Below, piece by piece: positions 50,695 to 59,563 of a stretch of 64,000 nt of DNA (the first letter of the stretch is position 1; each line of letters begins with the position of its first letter). A program made the translations under genes and the position numbers. Below the pieces are notes generated by a model that searched no databases, was not told the origin of the DNA, and saw only the letters and a program-made list of their open reading frames with translations. The stretch lies in NCBI GenBank assembly GCA_035533215.1, contig DATLUG010000006.1:3958-67957 (forward strand). Reading direction: 5' to 3'. The stretch is from Candidatus Micrarchaeia archaeon (lineage in GTDB: Bacteria > Chloroflexota > Dormibacteria > Aeolococcales > Bog-877).

Positions 50695-51261
50695 GCGGGG
50701 CGACGGCACGGCTGCCCCACTCACTTGTAGGCGCGTGCCGCTCGGCCACCGGTCACATGCCGGTCACGAGGCAGGTACGGCGTTCGGTCGCGCCCGTCAT
50801 GCCCACACGCGCAGCGGGCGGCGATCGCCGGAGGCACGCGCTGGGCGAGGGCCCCGCCACCCCGGCGGCGGCCCGCCCGGATCTCGGCGGCCGTCGAAGG
50901 GCACGGGCAGCGGGCCACGGCCAGGAGCCCGGCGGGCGGGCGGGGGATCGGGAGACAGGCACCGCCGGCACCAGGACTGGTCGGCGCCGACCTCGGTCGG
51001 CCTCGGGCGCGGGCCCCGGTGGAGGCCGTGACCGGCTCGGTGCGCTCCCAACCCTGGTGGCTGGGGGTGGGCGGTCCTGGGACCGGGGGTGGCGAACCGC
51101 CGCCATCCGTCCGCCGCGGCTGGGGAGCCGCGCCGGGGTGGCGCGTTGGTGCCCCCTACACGGTCCGGGTCAGCCCCGATGGGAGAATCGCAGGCCCGCG
51201 CCTCGCCTCCGCGACCCAGGCCCTTGACGCAGCATCCCCATCTTTGCGATCTCGGGTCGCG

Positions 51262-51335
51262 TGGAGGCGACTCCGGGAATCGAACCCGGGATCGCGGTTT
51301 TGCAGACCGCTGCCTTACCACTTGGCTAAGTCGCC
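51262..51335 (-). tRNA. tRNA-Cys(GCA)
   Basis: GGCGACTTAGCCAAGTGGTAAGGCAGCGGTCTGCAAAACCGCGATCCCGGGTTCGATTCCCGGAGTCGCCTCCA; TACAAT upstream. Confidence 0.97.
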
Positions 51336-51517
51336 CGGCGCCCGGCTGGCCCGGGCAGCGCCGCCCGATTGTACCCAGCCGGCACGGGTGGGCCGGAGCC
51401 GAGACCCGCCGCCGGCGCGCCCGGGCGGGTCTCGGCCGGCCTACGATGCCCGGCAACGGGGCGGCGCCGGGGACGGGGCCCAGGGCCGGACGGCGCAGCC
51501 ACCACAGGAGGCTGCGC

Positions 51518-52330
51518 GTGGGCGAGACCCAGCACCGCCCTCGATCGGACGCCGACCTGGTGGTCGAGACCCAGGGCGCGGTGACCAGGCTCCGGCTCAA
51601 CCGGCCGGAGCGGCTGAACGCCCTCACCCTGGCGCTGCTGACCGATATCCACCGCCGCGTGGTCGAGATCGCGCACACCGGCACCTGCCGCTGCCTCGTC
51701 ATCACCGGGACCGGTCGAGGCTTCTGCGCCGGGCAGTCGCTCGAGGAGGTCCGTGAGGCAGCGAACCTCGGCGATCGAGTCCGCACCATCCTCCAGCAGG
51801 GCTACCTCCCGCTCGTCAGCGCCCTGGTCGGGCTGGAGCTCCCGGTGGTGGCCGCCATCAACGGGGTGACCGCCGGCTCGGGACTCTCGCTCGCGCTGGC
51901 CTGCGACCTGCGCGTCGCCAGCGACGAGGCCACCTTCACCTGCGCGTTCAGCCGGGTCGGCCTGGTCCCCGATGCCGGCGCCACCCTGCTGCTGCCCCGT
52001 GCCGTTGGCTGGTCGGCCGCAGCCGACCTCGCCCTCACCGGCCGCCGGGTCGACGCCGACGAGGCGCTCCACCTCGGCCTCGTCCATCGGGTCTTCCCGG
52101 CGGCGACGTTCGCGGCGGGCGCGGCAGCCGCCGCGGCCGAGCTCGCGGCGGGTCCCACCCGAGCGCTCGGTCTCACCAAGCGGGCGCTCAGCCGGTCCTG
52201 GACGGCGAGCCTCGAGGAGCAGCTCGCGATCGAGACCGACCTCCAGGTCGAGGCGTCAGGGACGGCTGACGGGCGCGAGGGCATCGCTGCCTTCGTGGCC
52301 GGGCGCCGCCCCACCTTCCGCGGCTCCTGA
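51518..52330 (+). CDS. Enoyl-CoA hydratase/isomerase (PaaG-like)
   Basis: LNRPERLNA, GRGFCAGQ, AAINGVTAGSG, GLVPDAG, DGREG; AGGAGG RBS. Confidence 0.88.
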   Translation: MGETQHRPRSDADLVVETQGAVTRLRLNRPERLNALTLALLTDIHRRVVEIAHTGTCRCLVITGTGRGFCAGQSLEEVREAANLGDRVRTILQQGYLPLVSALVGLELPVVAAINGVTAGSGLSLALACDLRVASDEATFTCAFSRVGLVPDAGATLLLPRAVGWSAAADLALTGRRVDADEALHLGLVHRVFPAATFAAGAAAAAAELAAGPTRALGLTKRALSRSWTASLEEQLAIETDLQVEASGTADGREGIAAFVAGRRPTFRGS

Positions 52331-52387
52331 CCGTGCGGCGCTACGCTTGATCTCAGCGGTCGGCTTCGATCCGCAGGAGGCTCCCTG

Positions 52388-52918
52388 ATGGCGCGGGTCT
52401 GGATGCAGTTCCCCAACCCGGTGAACGAGGTCGCGGCCCGGGTGGTCGCGGGGGGTGTCGCGGTCGTGGCCGTGCTCGCGATCGCCCTCGACCAACCCTG
52501 GCTCAGCGCGGTGCTCGCCTACGGCTTCCTCGCCCGGGTGGCCGCCGGCCCGACCCTCAGCCCCCTCGGCCAGCTGGCGACCCGGGTGGTGGCGCCCCGC
52601 CTCTCCCCACGGCCCCGGCTGGTGGCGGGACCCCCGAAGCGCTTCGCGCAGGCGATCGGCGCGGTCCTGACGGTGGCCGCCACCGTCGCCTTCTTCGGCT
52701 TCGGCGCCACCACCGTCACCGAGGTGCTGCTGGGCGTGCTGGTCGCGGCCGCGACCCTGGAATCGGCGCTCGGCCTCTGCCTGGGCTGCCGCATCTTCGC
52801 CGTGCTGATGCGGTGGGGATGGGTGCCGGCGGAGGTCTGCGCCGCCTGTGCCGACCTCGGCGGCCCGGCGGCGCAGGCGCGTCGGGCGGCGGCCACCCCG
52901 GTCGGCGGCGGCCGCTGA
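52388..52918 (+). CDS. DUF4395-family membrane protein
   Basis: FPNPVNE.AAR, GPPKRFAQAIG, LES.LGLCLGC. Confidence 0.8.
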   Translation: MARVWMQFPNPVNEVAARVVAGGVAVVAVLAIALDQPWLSAVLAYGFLARVAAGPTLSPLGQLATRVVAPRLSPRPRLVAGPPKRFAQAIGAVLTVAATVAFFGFGATTVTEVLLGVLVAAATLESALGLCLGCRIFAVLMRWGWVPAEVCAACADLGGPAAQARRAAATPVGGGR

Positions 52919-52948
52919 CCAGGGCGGCGTCCCCGACCCGGCTCCAGC

Positions 52949-53749
52949 CTACCGGTGGAGCGGGTGGCGCACGATCAGGATGCTCAGCTCGTACAGGACG
53001 ATGAGCGCGGTCGAGAGCAGCGCCGGCGTGAACGGGTCCGCCCCGGGGGTGATGACGAGCGCGACGGCCACGATGCTGAAGATCGCCGGACGGCGCCACC
53101 GGCGCAGCGTGGCGCTGCTGACGACACCCAGCGCCCCCAACAGGCTGACCACCACCGGCATCTCGAAGGTGACCCCGAAGACCACCATCACCAGGGTGAA
53201 GAACGAGAGGTAGGCGTTGAGGTCGGGCAGATAGACGGCATCGGTGCCGAGGAAGCCGGCCAGGAAGCTGAGCCCGACCGGCATGACCAGGTAGGCGAAG
53301 GTGGCACCGACGGCGAAGCAGACCACGCTGCCCGCGATGAACGGCCCCGCCAGCCGGCGCTCGGCCCGCCGCAGCCCGGGCGCGACGAACGTGAAGGCCT
53401 GCCAGGCGACGATCGGCAGCGCCCCCGCCAGCCCGGCCAGGACCGCCACCTTGAACGGGATCGAGAGCCCCTCGATCGGGCTGGTGACGATGACCGTGCT
53501 GCCGAAGGGCGAGGGGCCGCGATGGAGCAGGGCCAGCTTCAGGGGACGCTCGAGCAGCTGGATCAGCGCGTGGTTGAAGATGAATGCCAGGGCGGTCGTC
53601 CCCGCCCAGGCGATCAGGCAGACGATGAGGACCCGGCGGAGGTCCTCCAGGTGCTCCACCACCGTCTGGCCCGGAGCGGGGTCCTCGTCGCCGGCCCCCG
53701 CCCCCGACATCGGGGGAACGAGGGTCTCGGCGATGGAGCGGGTGGCCAT
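52949..53749 (-). CDS. tatC: Twin-arginine translocase TatC
   Basis: EHLEDLRR, FVAPGL...E, FEMP, ITPGADP, LYELSI. Confidence 0.95.
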   Translation of the reverse strand: MATRSIAETLVPPMSGAGAGDEDPAPGQTVVEHLEDLRRVLIVCLIAWAGTTALAFIFNHALIQLLERPLKLALLHRGPSPFGSTVIVTSPIEGLSIPFKVAVLAGLAGALPIVAWQAFTFVAPGLRRAERRLAGPFIAGSVVCFAVGATFAYLVMPVGLSFLAGFLGTDAVYLPDLNAYLSFFTLVMVVFGVTFEMPVVVSLLGALGVVSSATLRRWRRPAIFSIVAVALVITPGADPFTPALLSTALIVLYELSILIVRHPLHR

Positions 53750-53773
53750 CGTGGGTCGCCTCCCTGGGGGCGG

Positions 53774-54067
53774 TCAGCGACCGGCGGCGTCGCCGGCTGG
53801 GGTGCTGGCCGGCACCGGGCCGGCGCCGTTCGCCATCGGCACCGCCGCCGTGACGGGCTGGGTGGTGGCGGTGGTCGTGGTCGTCGAGGCGCCCGCGAGG
53901 TCGGTGACCTCGGTCATGTGATGGGCGGCCTGGGCGGAGGCGTGCTTGAACTCCTGGATGGCGCGGCCGACGCTGTGGCCGAGCTCCGGCAGCCGCTTGG
54001 GGCCGAACACCACCAGGGCCAGCACGACCAGCAGGCCGAGGAGCGCGATATGGGACGGCGCGAGCAT
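53774..54067 (-). CDS. tatA: Twin-arginine translocase TatA
   Basis: TM helix, FGPKRLPELGHSVGRAIQEFK; AGGAGG RBS. Confidence 0.93.
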   Translation of the reverse strand: MLAPSHIALLGLLVVLALVVFGPKRLPELGHSVGRAIQEFKHASAQAAHHMTEVTDLAGASTTTTTATTQPVTAAVPMANGAGPVPASTPAGDAAGR

Positions 54068-54151
54068 GGGAAACCCTCCTGGATCGACGGTCGCTCGGGC
54101 GGTCCGGGGAGCGCTGCACGCCCCGGCCCGCCGGAGCCTCACACCCCGTCC

Positions 54152-54179
54152 TACGCGCCCGGCCCCGCCCCGGATCACC
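54152..54179 (-). promoter_or_regulatory. ECF sigma promoter for tatAC
   Basis: GGTGATCC-N16-CGTA on - strand. Confidence 0.7.
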
Positions 54180-54200
54180 CCGGCCGCCGCCGGTCCCCCG

Positions 54201-55043
54201 TCAGGCCAGGCTCGCCCGCAGCAGCACCGGCCCCAACGGCACCCGATCGTGGCGGGACGGCTCCAGGGTGATCGCGACGGCGGCGAACCCTCTCGGCGCG
54301 CGCGGCATCCGGAAGACCCCGGCGCGGGTCACGGCTGCGATCGGCACCGGCCGGGAGCCGCCGGCGCGGTGGCGGACGTACCACAGCATGTACACGGTCG
54401 AGCCCCGGACTGGACGGACGCCGGTGACGACGAGGTAGGCGGCCCCGGCCCTCGGGCGCATGACCAGGGCGGCGCCACCCGGGGCCCGCCCGGTCGCCTG
54501 CAGCGCCACCACGGTGGCGCCCCCGCTCAGCAGTCCCGTGATCCCCACCACGCCGGGGCCGCCCGCGCCGGGCGCCGCCGGCGGCCGCTGCAGGTGCTCG
54601 GCCACCCCCCAGCCCAGGCCGCTCAGCGCCAGGACGGCGGCGGCCGCCGCCGCCGTCCAGCCCGCCTGGGAGCGGGCCCACCACCGCGCGCCCGGGGCCC
54701 GATCCGGGACCGGCCCCGCCGCCGGCGGTGGCACCAACGGCAGCGCTGCGGGGACGGGGGGCGCCGGCGCGGCGGCTCCCCCCTCGACCCGCGCCGCCGC
54801 CAGCACCCGAGCGCGCAGAGCGGGGGGAGGCGCGACCGGGGGCACGGACATCGCCAGGCAGGCCGCCACCCCTCGGAACGCCCGCTCCTCGGCGGCGCAG
54901 TCCGCGCAGCCCTGCAGATGCTCGGTCACCGCCGCCGCCTCGTCCGGCTCCAGGCCGTCGAGCACATGGGCGCCCAGCAGGTCACGCACCGAGTCGCAGC
55001 CCGAGCCCGGGCCGCCGGCGGTGCCGGGGGGACCGCCCATCAC
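54201..55043 (-). CDS. RskA-like anti-sigma factor with ZAS zinc motif
   Basis: HLQGCADC (HxxxCxxC), PPPALRARVL, one TM, YMLW, AVAITLEP; GTGA coupling to the sigma gene. Confidence 0.9.
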   Translation of the reverse strand: MMGGPPGTAGGPGSGCDSVRDLLGAHVLDGLEPDEAAAVTEHLQGCADCAAEERAFRGVAACLAMSVPPVAPPPALRARVLAAARVEGGAAAPAPPVPAALPLVPPPAAGPVPDRAPGARWWARSQAGWTAAAAAAVLALSGLGWGVAEHLQRPPAAPGAGGPGVVGITGLLSGGATVVALQATGRAPGGAALVMRPRAGAAYLVVTGVRPVRGSTVYMLWYVRHRAGGSRPVPIAAVTRAGVFRMPRAPRGFAAVAITLEPSRHDRVPLGPVLLRASLA

Positions 55044-55636
55044 CACTCCCCCACCTCGGCCGCGGCGCTGCCCCGGAGGACCCGGCGGAGGTGGTCGAGG
55101 GCCAGACGGGTGCGGCTCTTCACGGTGCCCAGGGCGAGGCCGGTGCGGACCGCGATCTCCCGCTGCGACAGTCCCGCGAAGTAGGCCCACTCCAGGATCT
55201 GCCGCTGGGTCGCGGGCAGCTCGGTGATCGCCCGCCGGACGGCAGCCGCCCGGACCCCCTCGGTCACGGCCAGCCAGGTGTCGCTGGCCGCCACCAGCTC
55301 CGGGCCGTCATCGAGGGGGACGGCCGATCCGGCGCCGACCCGACGCCGGAGCCGGTCCACCGCCCGGTTGCGGACGATGGTCAGCAGCCAGGTCCGAAGG
55401 CTGGTCCGCTCCGGCTGGTAGACGTCAGCCCGTCGCCAGAGCGCGAGGAAGGCGTCCTGGACCACCTCCTCGGCGGTCGCCTGGTCGCGCAGCATCCGGA
55501 GCGCGAGGCCGTAGGCGGCGCTGGCGTGGCGATCGTAGAGCGCCCCCAAGGCGTCCTCGTCGCGCCTCCGCAGCCGCCACATCAGGCGCTCGTCGCCGTC
55601 GGTCTGCTGGGGCGGGGCGGGGGCAGCGGCGAGCAT
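55040..55636 (-). CDS. ECF sigma factor (SigK-like)
   Basis: LYDRH, AEEVVQDAFLALW, WLLTIVRNRAVD, AYFAGLSQREIA, LGTVKSR. Confidence 0.93.
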   Translation of the reverse strand: MLAAAPAPPQQTDGDERLMWRLRRRDEDALGALYDRHASAAYGLALRMLRDQATAEEVVQDAFLALWRRADVYQPERTSLRTWLLTIVRNRAVDRLRRRVGAGSAVPLDDGPELVAASDTWLAVTEGVRAAAVRRAITELPATQRQILEWAYFAGLSQREIAVRTGLALGTVKSRTRLALDHLRRVLRGSAAAEVGEW

Positions 55637-55651
55637 CTCCTCGTCCGCTCC

Positions 55652-55679
55652 TTCGCGAGGGGGACCGTCTCGGATCACC
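55652..55679 (-). promoter_or_regulatory. Autoregulatory ECF promoter for the sigma/anti-sigma operon
   Basis: GGTGATCC-N16-CGAA on - strand. Confidence 0.7.
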
Positions 55680-55848
55680 GGACCATCATCGGGCACCGTG
55701 GGGCGGGAGGGAGGGCACCGGCGGGGTCCTGGCTCGGAGGGCGGGGCGGCACCGGCGCCGACCGATCGGCGCGCCGATCGGGATGGCCGGCTCCGTTCCG
55801 GTGGGCATCCCGCCGACCCGGGCCCGGCTCCCCCGCCGCGGGACGGGA

Positions 55849-55877
55849 GGTGATCCGCTCCGGCCCGACTGCTCGTA
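55849..55877 (+). promoter_or_regulatory. ECF promoter for the Tat-peptide/DUF4331 operon
   Basis: GGTGATCC-N17-CGTA on + strand. Confidence 0.7.
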
Positions 55878-55938
55878 TGCGCTGACGAGCCCCCGAGGCG
55901 GGCTCCATCCAGACCCGGCGGACTCGGAGGCACACGGC

Positions 55939-56229
55939 ATGCAGAAGATCACTCGGCGGACGTTCCTCACCCGGACCTCGCTCGGCGTCGCCGCCGCCGG
56001 GGCGATGGCGACGATCCCGGGAGCCGGGGTCCTGGCGGCCACCCGCCGCAAGGGCCAGGCGGCGCCCCTCGGCGCGGCGATCGCCGCCGGTCACCTCACC
56101 CGCTCGGGTCCGCTGGTGATCACCATCCCCGACCCGCGCGACGGCAGCCTCTCCTTCTTCTCCGGCGAGAGCGAGGTGACCCGCCACGACCCGCAGCTGG
56201 TGGCGAACCTCCTCCGCAGCCTCGCCTGA
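55939..56229 (+). CDS. Small twin-arginine signal protein
   Basis: MQKITRRTFL plus hydrophobic h-region; short mature domain PLVITIPDPRDGSLSFFSGESEVTRHDPQLV; GGAGG RBS. Confidence 0.82.
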   Translation: MQKITRRTFLTRTSLGVAAAGAMATIPGAGVLAATRRKGQAAPLGAAIAAGHLTRSGPLVITIPDPRDGSLSFFSGESEVTRHDPQLVANLLRSLA

Positions 56230-56271
56230 TCCACCGTCCTCAGTTCCAGACCACCCCACCGAGGTATCCGC

Positions 56272-57723
56272 ATGTCCTCCCACCGTGAGGCGCCCGCGAT
56301 CTCCAAGGACCCCGCCGCCGACAGCACTGACGTCTACGCGTTCGTCAGCCCCGACCGGCCCGACACGGTGACCCTGATCGCCAACTACGTCCCCCTCCAG
56401 GACCCCGCCGGCGGGCCGAACTTCTTCGAGTTCGGCGACGACGTCATGTACCAGATCCTGGTCGACAACGACGGCGACGGCAAGGCCGACGTCTGGTATC
56501 AGTTCCGGTTCTGGACCGAGGTCGAGGACCGCAACACCTTCCTCTACAACACCGGTCCGATCACTTCGCTCACCAGCTCCACCTGGAACCGGCGCCAGTA
56601 CTACCGGGTCACCCGGGTGACCCCGGGCACGAGCGAGGTCCTGGCGGCCAAGCTGGGCTGCCCCCCGTGCAACATCGGCCCGCTGTCCACCCCCAACTAC
56701 GCGGGCCTGGCCGGCCAGGCGATCCACCCACTCCCGGGCGGCCGCCGGGTGTTCGCCGGCCAGCGCGCGGACGGCTTCTACGTCGACCTCGGCTCGGTCT
56801 TCGACCTCCTCGACCTGCGTCCCTTCCAGAACCTCAACATCGCCCCCCGCCCGGCGGCGGCGGGCGTCAACGGGCTCGCCGGACTCAACGTCCACAGCAT
56901 CGCCCTCCAGGTCCCCAAGAGCGACCTGACCCGGGGCGGCGCGGCTGGGACCGACGCCACCAGCCCCACCTCGGTGATCGGGGTCTGGACCTCTGCCAGC
57001 CGGCAGCGGGCCCGGGTCTGGGACAGCAAGGACGGAGCCAACCTCAACATCGGTCCCTGGGTGCAGGTCTCGCGGATGGGCAACCCGCTCGTCAACGAGG
57101 TGATCAACCCGCTCGGGGTCAAGGACGCCTGGAACTCGTATCCGCCCGCGGGCGACTCCCGCTACCTCCAGTACGTCGAGCACCCCGAGCTGGCGGGCCT
57201 CCTGCCCGTCCTCTACCCAACGGTGTTCCCCAACCTCGCCGCGGTCGTCAAGGCCGGAACCGCCCGGGCCGACCTGGTGGCGGTGCTCCTGACCGGCATC
57301 CCGGCCGGCATCATCAAGGGCTTCCAGAACTACACCGGCACAGTCCAGGCGGACATGCTCCGCCTCAACTGCGCCGTCTCCCCCACCGCCAAGCCGAGCC
57401 TGCTCGGGCTCCTGGGCGGCGACGCCGCCGGCTTCCCCAACGGACGCCGGGTCTTCGATGACGTGACCACCATCGAGCTCCGGGCCGTGGCCGGAGCCAC
57501 CCTTCCCCTCGTCGACCCCTCGTTCAAGCCCGACGCCGCGGTCAGCCTGGTCTACGACGATGTCGACCCCGCCAAGCACACCCCCCAGTCGCTGGCCAGC
57601 ACCCTGGGCGTCAGCTACCTGTCCAGCTTCCCCTACCTCGGCACCCCCTACGACGGCTTCGACGCGGTGACCGGGACCAGGGCCGCGAACGCCCACGGCG
57701 CCCCCCGCTCGTCGGCCGCCTGA
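56272..57723 (+). CDS. DUF4331-family protein without a signal peptide
   Basis: MSSHREAP, DSTDVYAF, FAGQRADGFYVDLG, QVSRMGNPLVNE, GFPNGRR..DDV, FPYL. Confidence 0.85.
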   Translation: MSSHREAPAISKDPAADSTDVYAFVSPDRPDTVTLIANYVPLQDPAGGPNFFEFGDDVMYQILVDNDGDGKADVWYQFRFWTEVEDRNTFLYNTGPITSLTSSTWNRRQYYRVTRVTPGTSEVLAAKLGCPPCNIGPLSTPNYAGLAGQAIHPLPGGRRVFAGQRADGFYVDLGSVFDLLDLRPFQNLNIAPRPAAAGVNGLAGLNVHSIALQVPKSDLTRGGAAGTDATSPTSVIGVWTSASRQRARVWDSKDGANLNIGPWVQVSRMGNPLVNEVINPLGVKDAWNSYPPAGDSRYLQYVEHPELAGLLPVLYPTVFPNLAAVVKAGTARADLVAVLLTGIPAGIIKGFQNYTGTVQADMLRLNCAVSPTAKPSLLGLLGGDAAGFPNGRRVFDDVTTIELRAVAGATLPLVDPSFKPDAAVSLVYDDVDPAKHTPQSLASTLGVSYLSSFPYLGTPYDGFDAVTGTRAANAHGAPRSSAA

Positions 57724-57755
57724 GCACCCCCACCAACACCAGAGGACCAGCCGCC

Positions 57756-58061
57756 ATGGACCACCCCGCCATCCCCACCCAGCCGGTCGGTCCGGTGATG
57801 ATCGACATCGGCGCCACCCACGGCGCCGTCGTCGTGCGGGCTCCCGGCCTCGCCGGCCGGGAGATCGAGATCAGCCCGAAGGAGACACCCCAGCGCCGCC
57901 AGCACGTGGCGGTCCTCCCCAGGGCGCTCCCCGCGGGGCCGGTCCACGCGGCGGTCTTCGCCAGCCTGCCGGCGGGCCCCTACCTGCTCTGGGACCCGGC
58001 CGGCGGGCCCCCCCGCCCGGTGCTCGTCCGGGCGTCGACGGTCACCGACCTCGACTGGTAG
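57756..58061 (+). CDS. Small beta-rich hypothetical protein co-transcribed with DUF4331
   Basis: VMIDIG..HGAVVV, GREIEISP, HVAV, AAVFASLPAGPYLLW; GAGGA RBS. Confidence 0.7.
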   Translation: MDHPAIPTQPVGPVMIDIGATHGAVVVRAPGLAGREIEISPKETPQRRQHVAVLPRALPAGPVHAAVFASLPAGPYLLWDPAGGPPRPVLVRASTVTDLDW

Positions 58062-58114
58062 GCGGCGGCCCCGCCGGGCGGGCCCGGATCGGCGGCGGTG
58101 GGACAATCGCCGCC

Positions 58115-59080
58115 ATGCCGACCCCGGGCGCCGCCGGCCCGTGCCACGATGTCGCCGCCCCCGCGGCGGCGGCCCTCGACGGTCGCCGGCTGGCGCGGCG
58201 CCTGGGCCCGGTCGGCGTCTCCTTGGGCCAGCTCGCGCTCGCCGACGCTGCCACCCTCCGCCAGGGGGTGCGCACCATCGAGCAGCTCGGCTTCGGCGCC
58301 ATCTGGTGCGGTGAGGCCTCCGGCCGGGAGGCCCTCACCCAGGCGGCGATCGTCCTCGCCGCGACCGAGCGGATCGTCGTCGCGACCGGGATCGCCAACA
58401 TCTGGGCCCGCGATCCGGTGGCGATGGCCAACGGGGCGCGGGCGCTCGCCGAGGCCTGGCCCGGGCGCTTCGTCCTCGGGCTGGGCGCCAGCCACGCGCG
58501 CCTGGTCGAGCCCCGCGGCCACCGCTACCTGCCGCCGCTGGCGGCGATGCGGCGGTACCTGACCCAGCTCGCCGCCGCCCCCTACACCGCCCCCCTGCCG
58601 GAGCCGCCGCCGGCGACGGTGCTGGCGGCGCTGGGTCCGCGGATGCTGCACCTGGCCGGCGACAGCGCCGACGGCGCCCACACCTACTTCGTGCCGGTGG
58701 GCCACACCCGCTGGGCCCGCCAGCTCCTCGGCCCCTCCCCGCTGCTGGCGCCCGAGCAGGGATGCGTCGTGGCCCCCGACCGCGCGGCCGCCCGTGCCGT
58801 CGCGGACGCTCACCTGCGCACCTACCTCGGGCTGCCCGCCTACCGGCGCAACCTGGAGCGCCTCGGCTGGTCCCCGGCCGACTGCGAGGGGGGCGGCAGC
58901 GACAGGCTCTTCGACGCGCTGATCGGCTGGGGCTCCGCAGACGCCATCGCCGAGCGGGTCCGCACCCAGCTCGACGCGGGAGCCGACCACGTCGCGGTGC
59001 AGGTGCTCACCCCCGGGCGCGACGCTCCGCTCCTGGACCAGCTGCGGCCGATCGCCGGCCCGCTCCTGCAGTCCCGCTGA
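58115..59080 (+). CDS. LLM-class (probably F420-dependent) oxidoreductase
   Basis: VATGIANIW, GRFVLGLGASH, LAALGPRML, DGAHTY, AGADHV. Confidence 0.88.
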   Translation: MPTPGAAGPCHDVAAPAAAALDGRRLARRLGPVGVSLGQLALADAATLRQGVRTIEQLGFGAIWCGEASGREALTQAAIVLAATERIVVATGIANIWARDPVAMANGARALAEAWPGRFVLGLGASHARLVEPRGHRYLPPLAAMRRYLTQLAAAPYTAPLPEPPPATVLAALGPRMLHLAGDSADGAHTYFVPVGHTRWARQLLGPSPLLAPEQGCVVAPDRAAARAVADAHLRTYLGLPAYRRNLERLGWSPADCEGGGSDRLFDALIGWGSADAIAERVRTQLDAGADHVAVQVLTPGRDAPLLDQLRPIAGPLLQSR

Positions 59081-59517
59081 GCCCTTCCTCGCCGCCCCGC
59101 GGGCCCCTCCGCGACCAGCCGGCGCGCCCTGAGGGCGACCGGGCCCGGCGGCCGCTCCGCCCCTGGCGGGCGGCCTTCCGCGACGCCGGCCGCGGGGTCG
59201 CATGGGCCGCCCGCCACGAGCGCCACATGCGGGTCCACCTGGCGGCGGCGGCGGCGGTGGTGGCGGCCGGGCTCGGGATCGGGATCCCCCCGGCGGCCTG
59301 GGCGGCCCTGGTCTTCGCGATCGCCCTGGTGGTGGTGGCGGAGCTGGTCAACACCGCGGTCGAGACCCTGAGCGACCTCGCCCACCCGGCTCCCGACCCC
59401 GCCATCGGCCGGCTCAAGGACCTCGCCGCGGGCACGGTCCTGGTCGCCGCCACCGCGGCCGCGGTGGTGGGCCTGCTGGTGCTGGTGCCGGCCCTCCTCC
59501 ACCGGCTCGGCCACTGA
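59077..59517 (+). CDS. dgkA: DgkA/UdpK-family membrane kinase; probable CTG start
   Basis: F..A..G...ERHMRVH, AELVNTAVE, KDLAAG. Confidence 0.87.
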   Translation: MSPSSPPRGPLRDQPARPEGDRARRPLRPWRAAFRDAGRGVAWAARHERHMRVHLAAAAAVVAAGLGIGIPPAAWAALVFAIALVVVAELVNTAVETLSDLAHPAPDPAIGRLKDLAAGTVLVAATAAAVVGLLVLVPALLHRLGH

Positions 59518-59563
59518 CCGGGCCGGCGCCGGGATCCAGGGCGCGCCATCGGCAACGCCCTCG

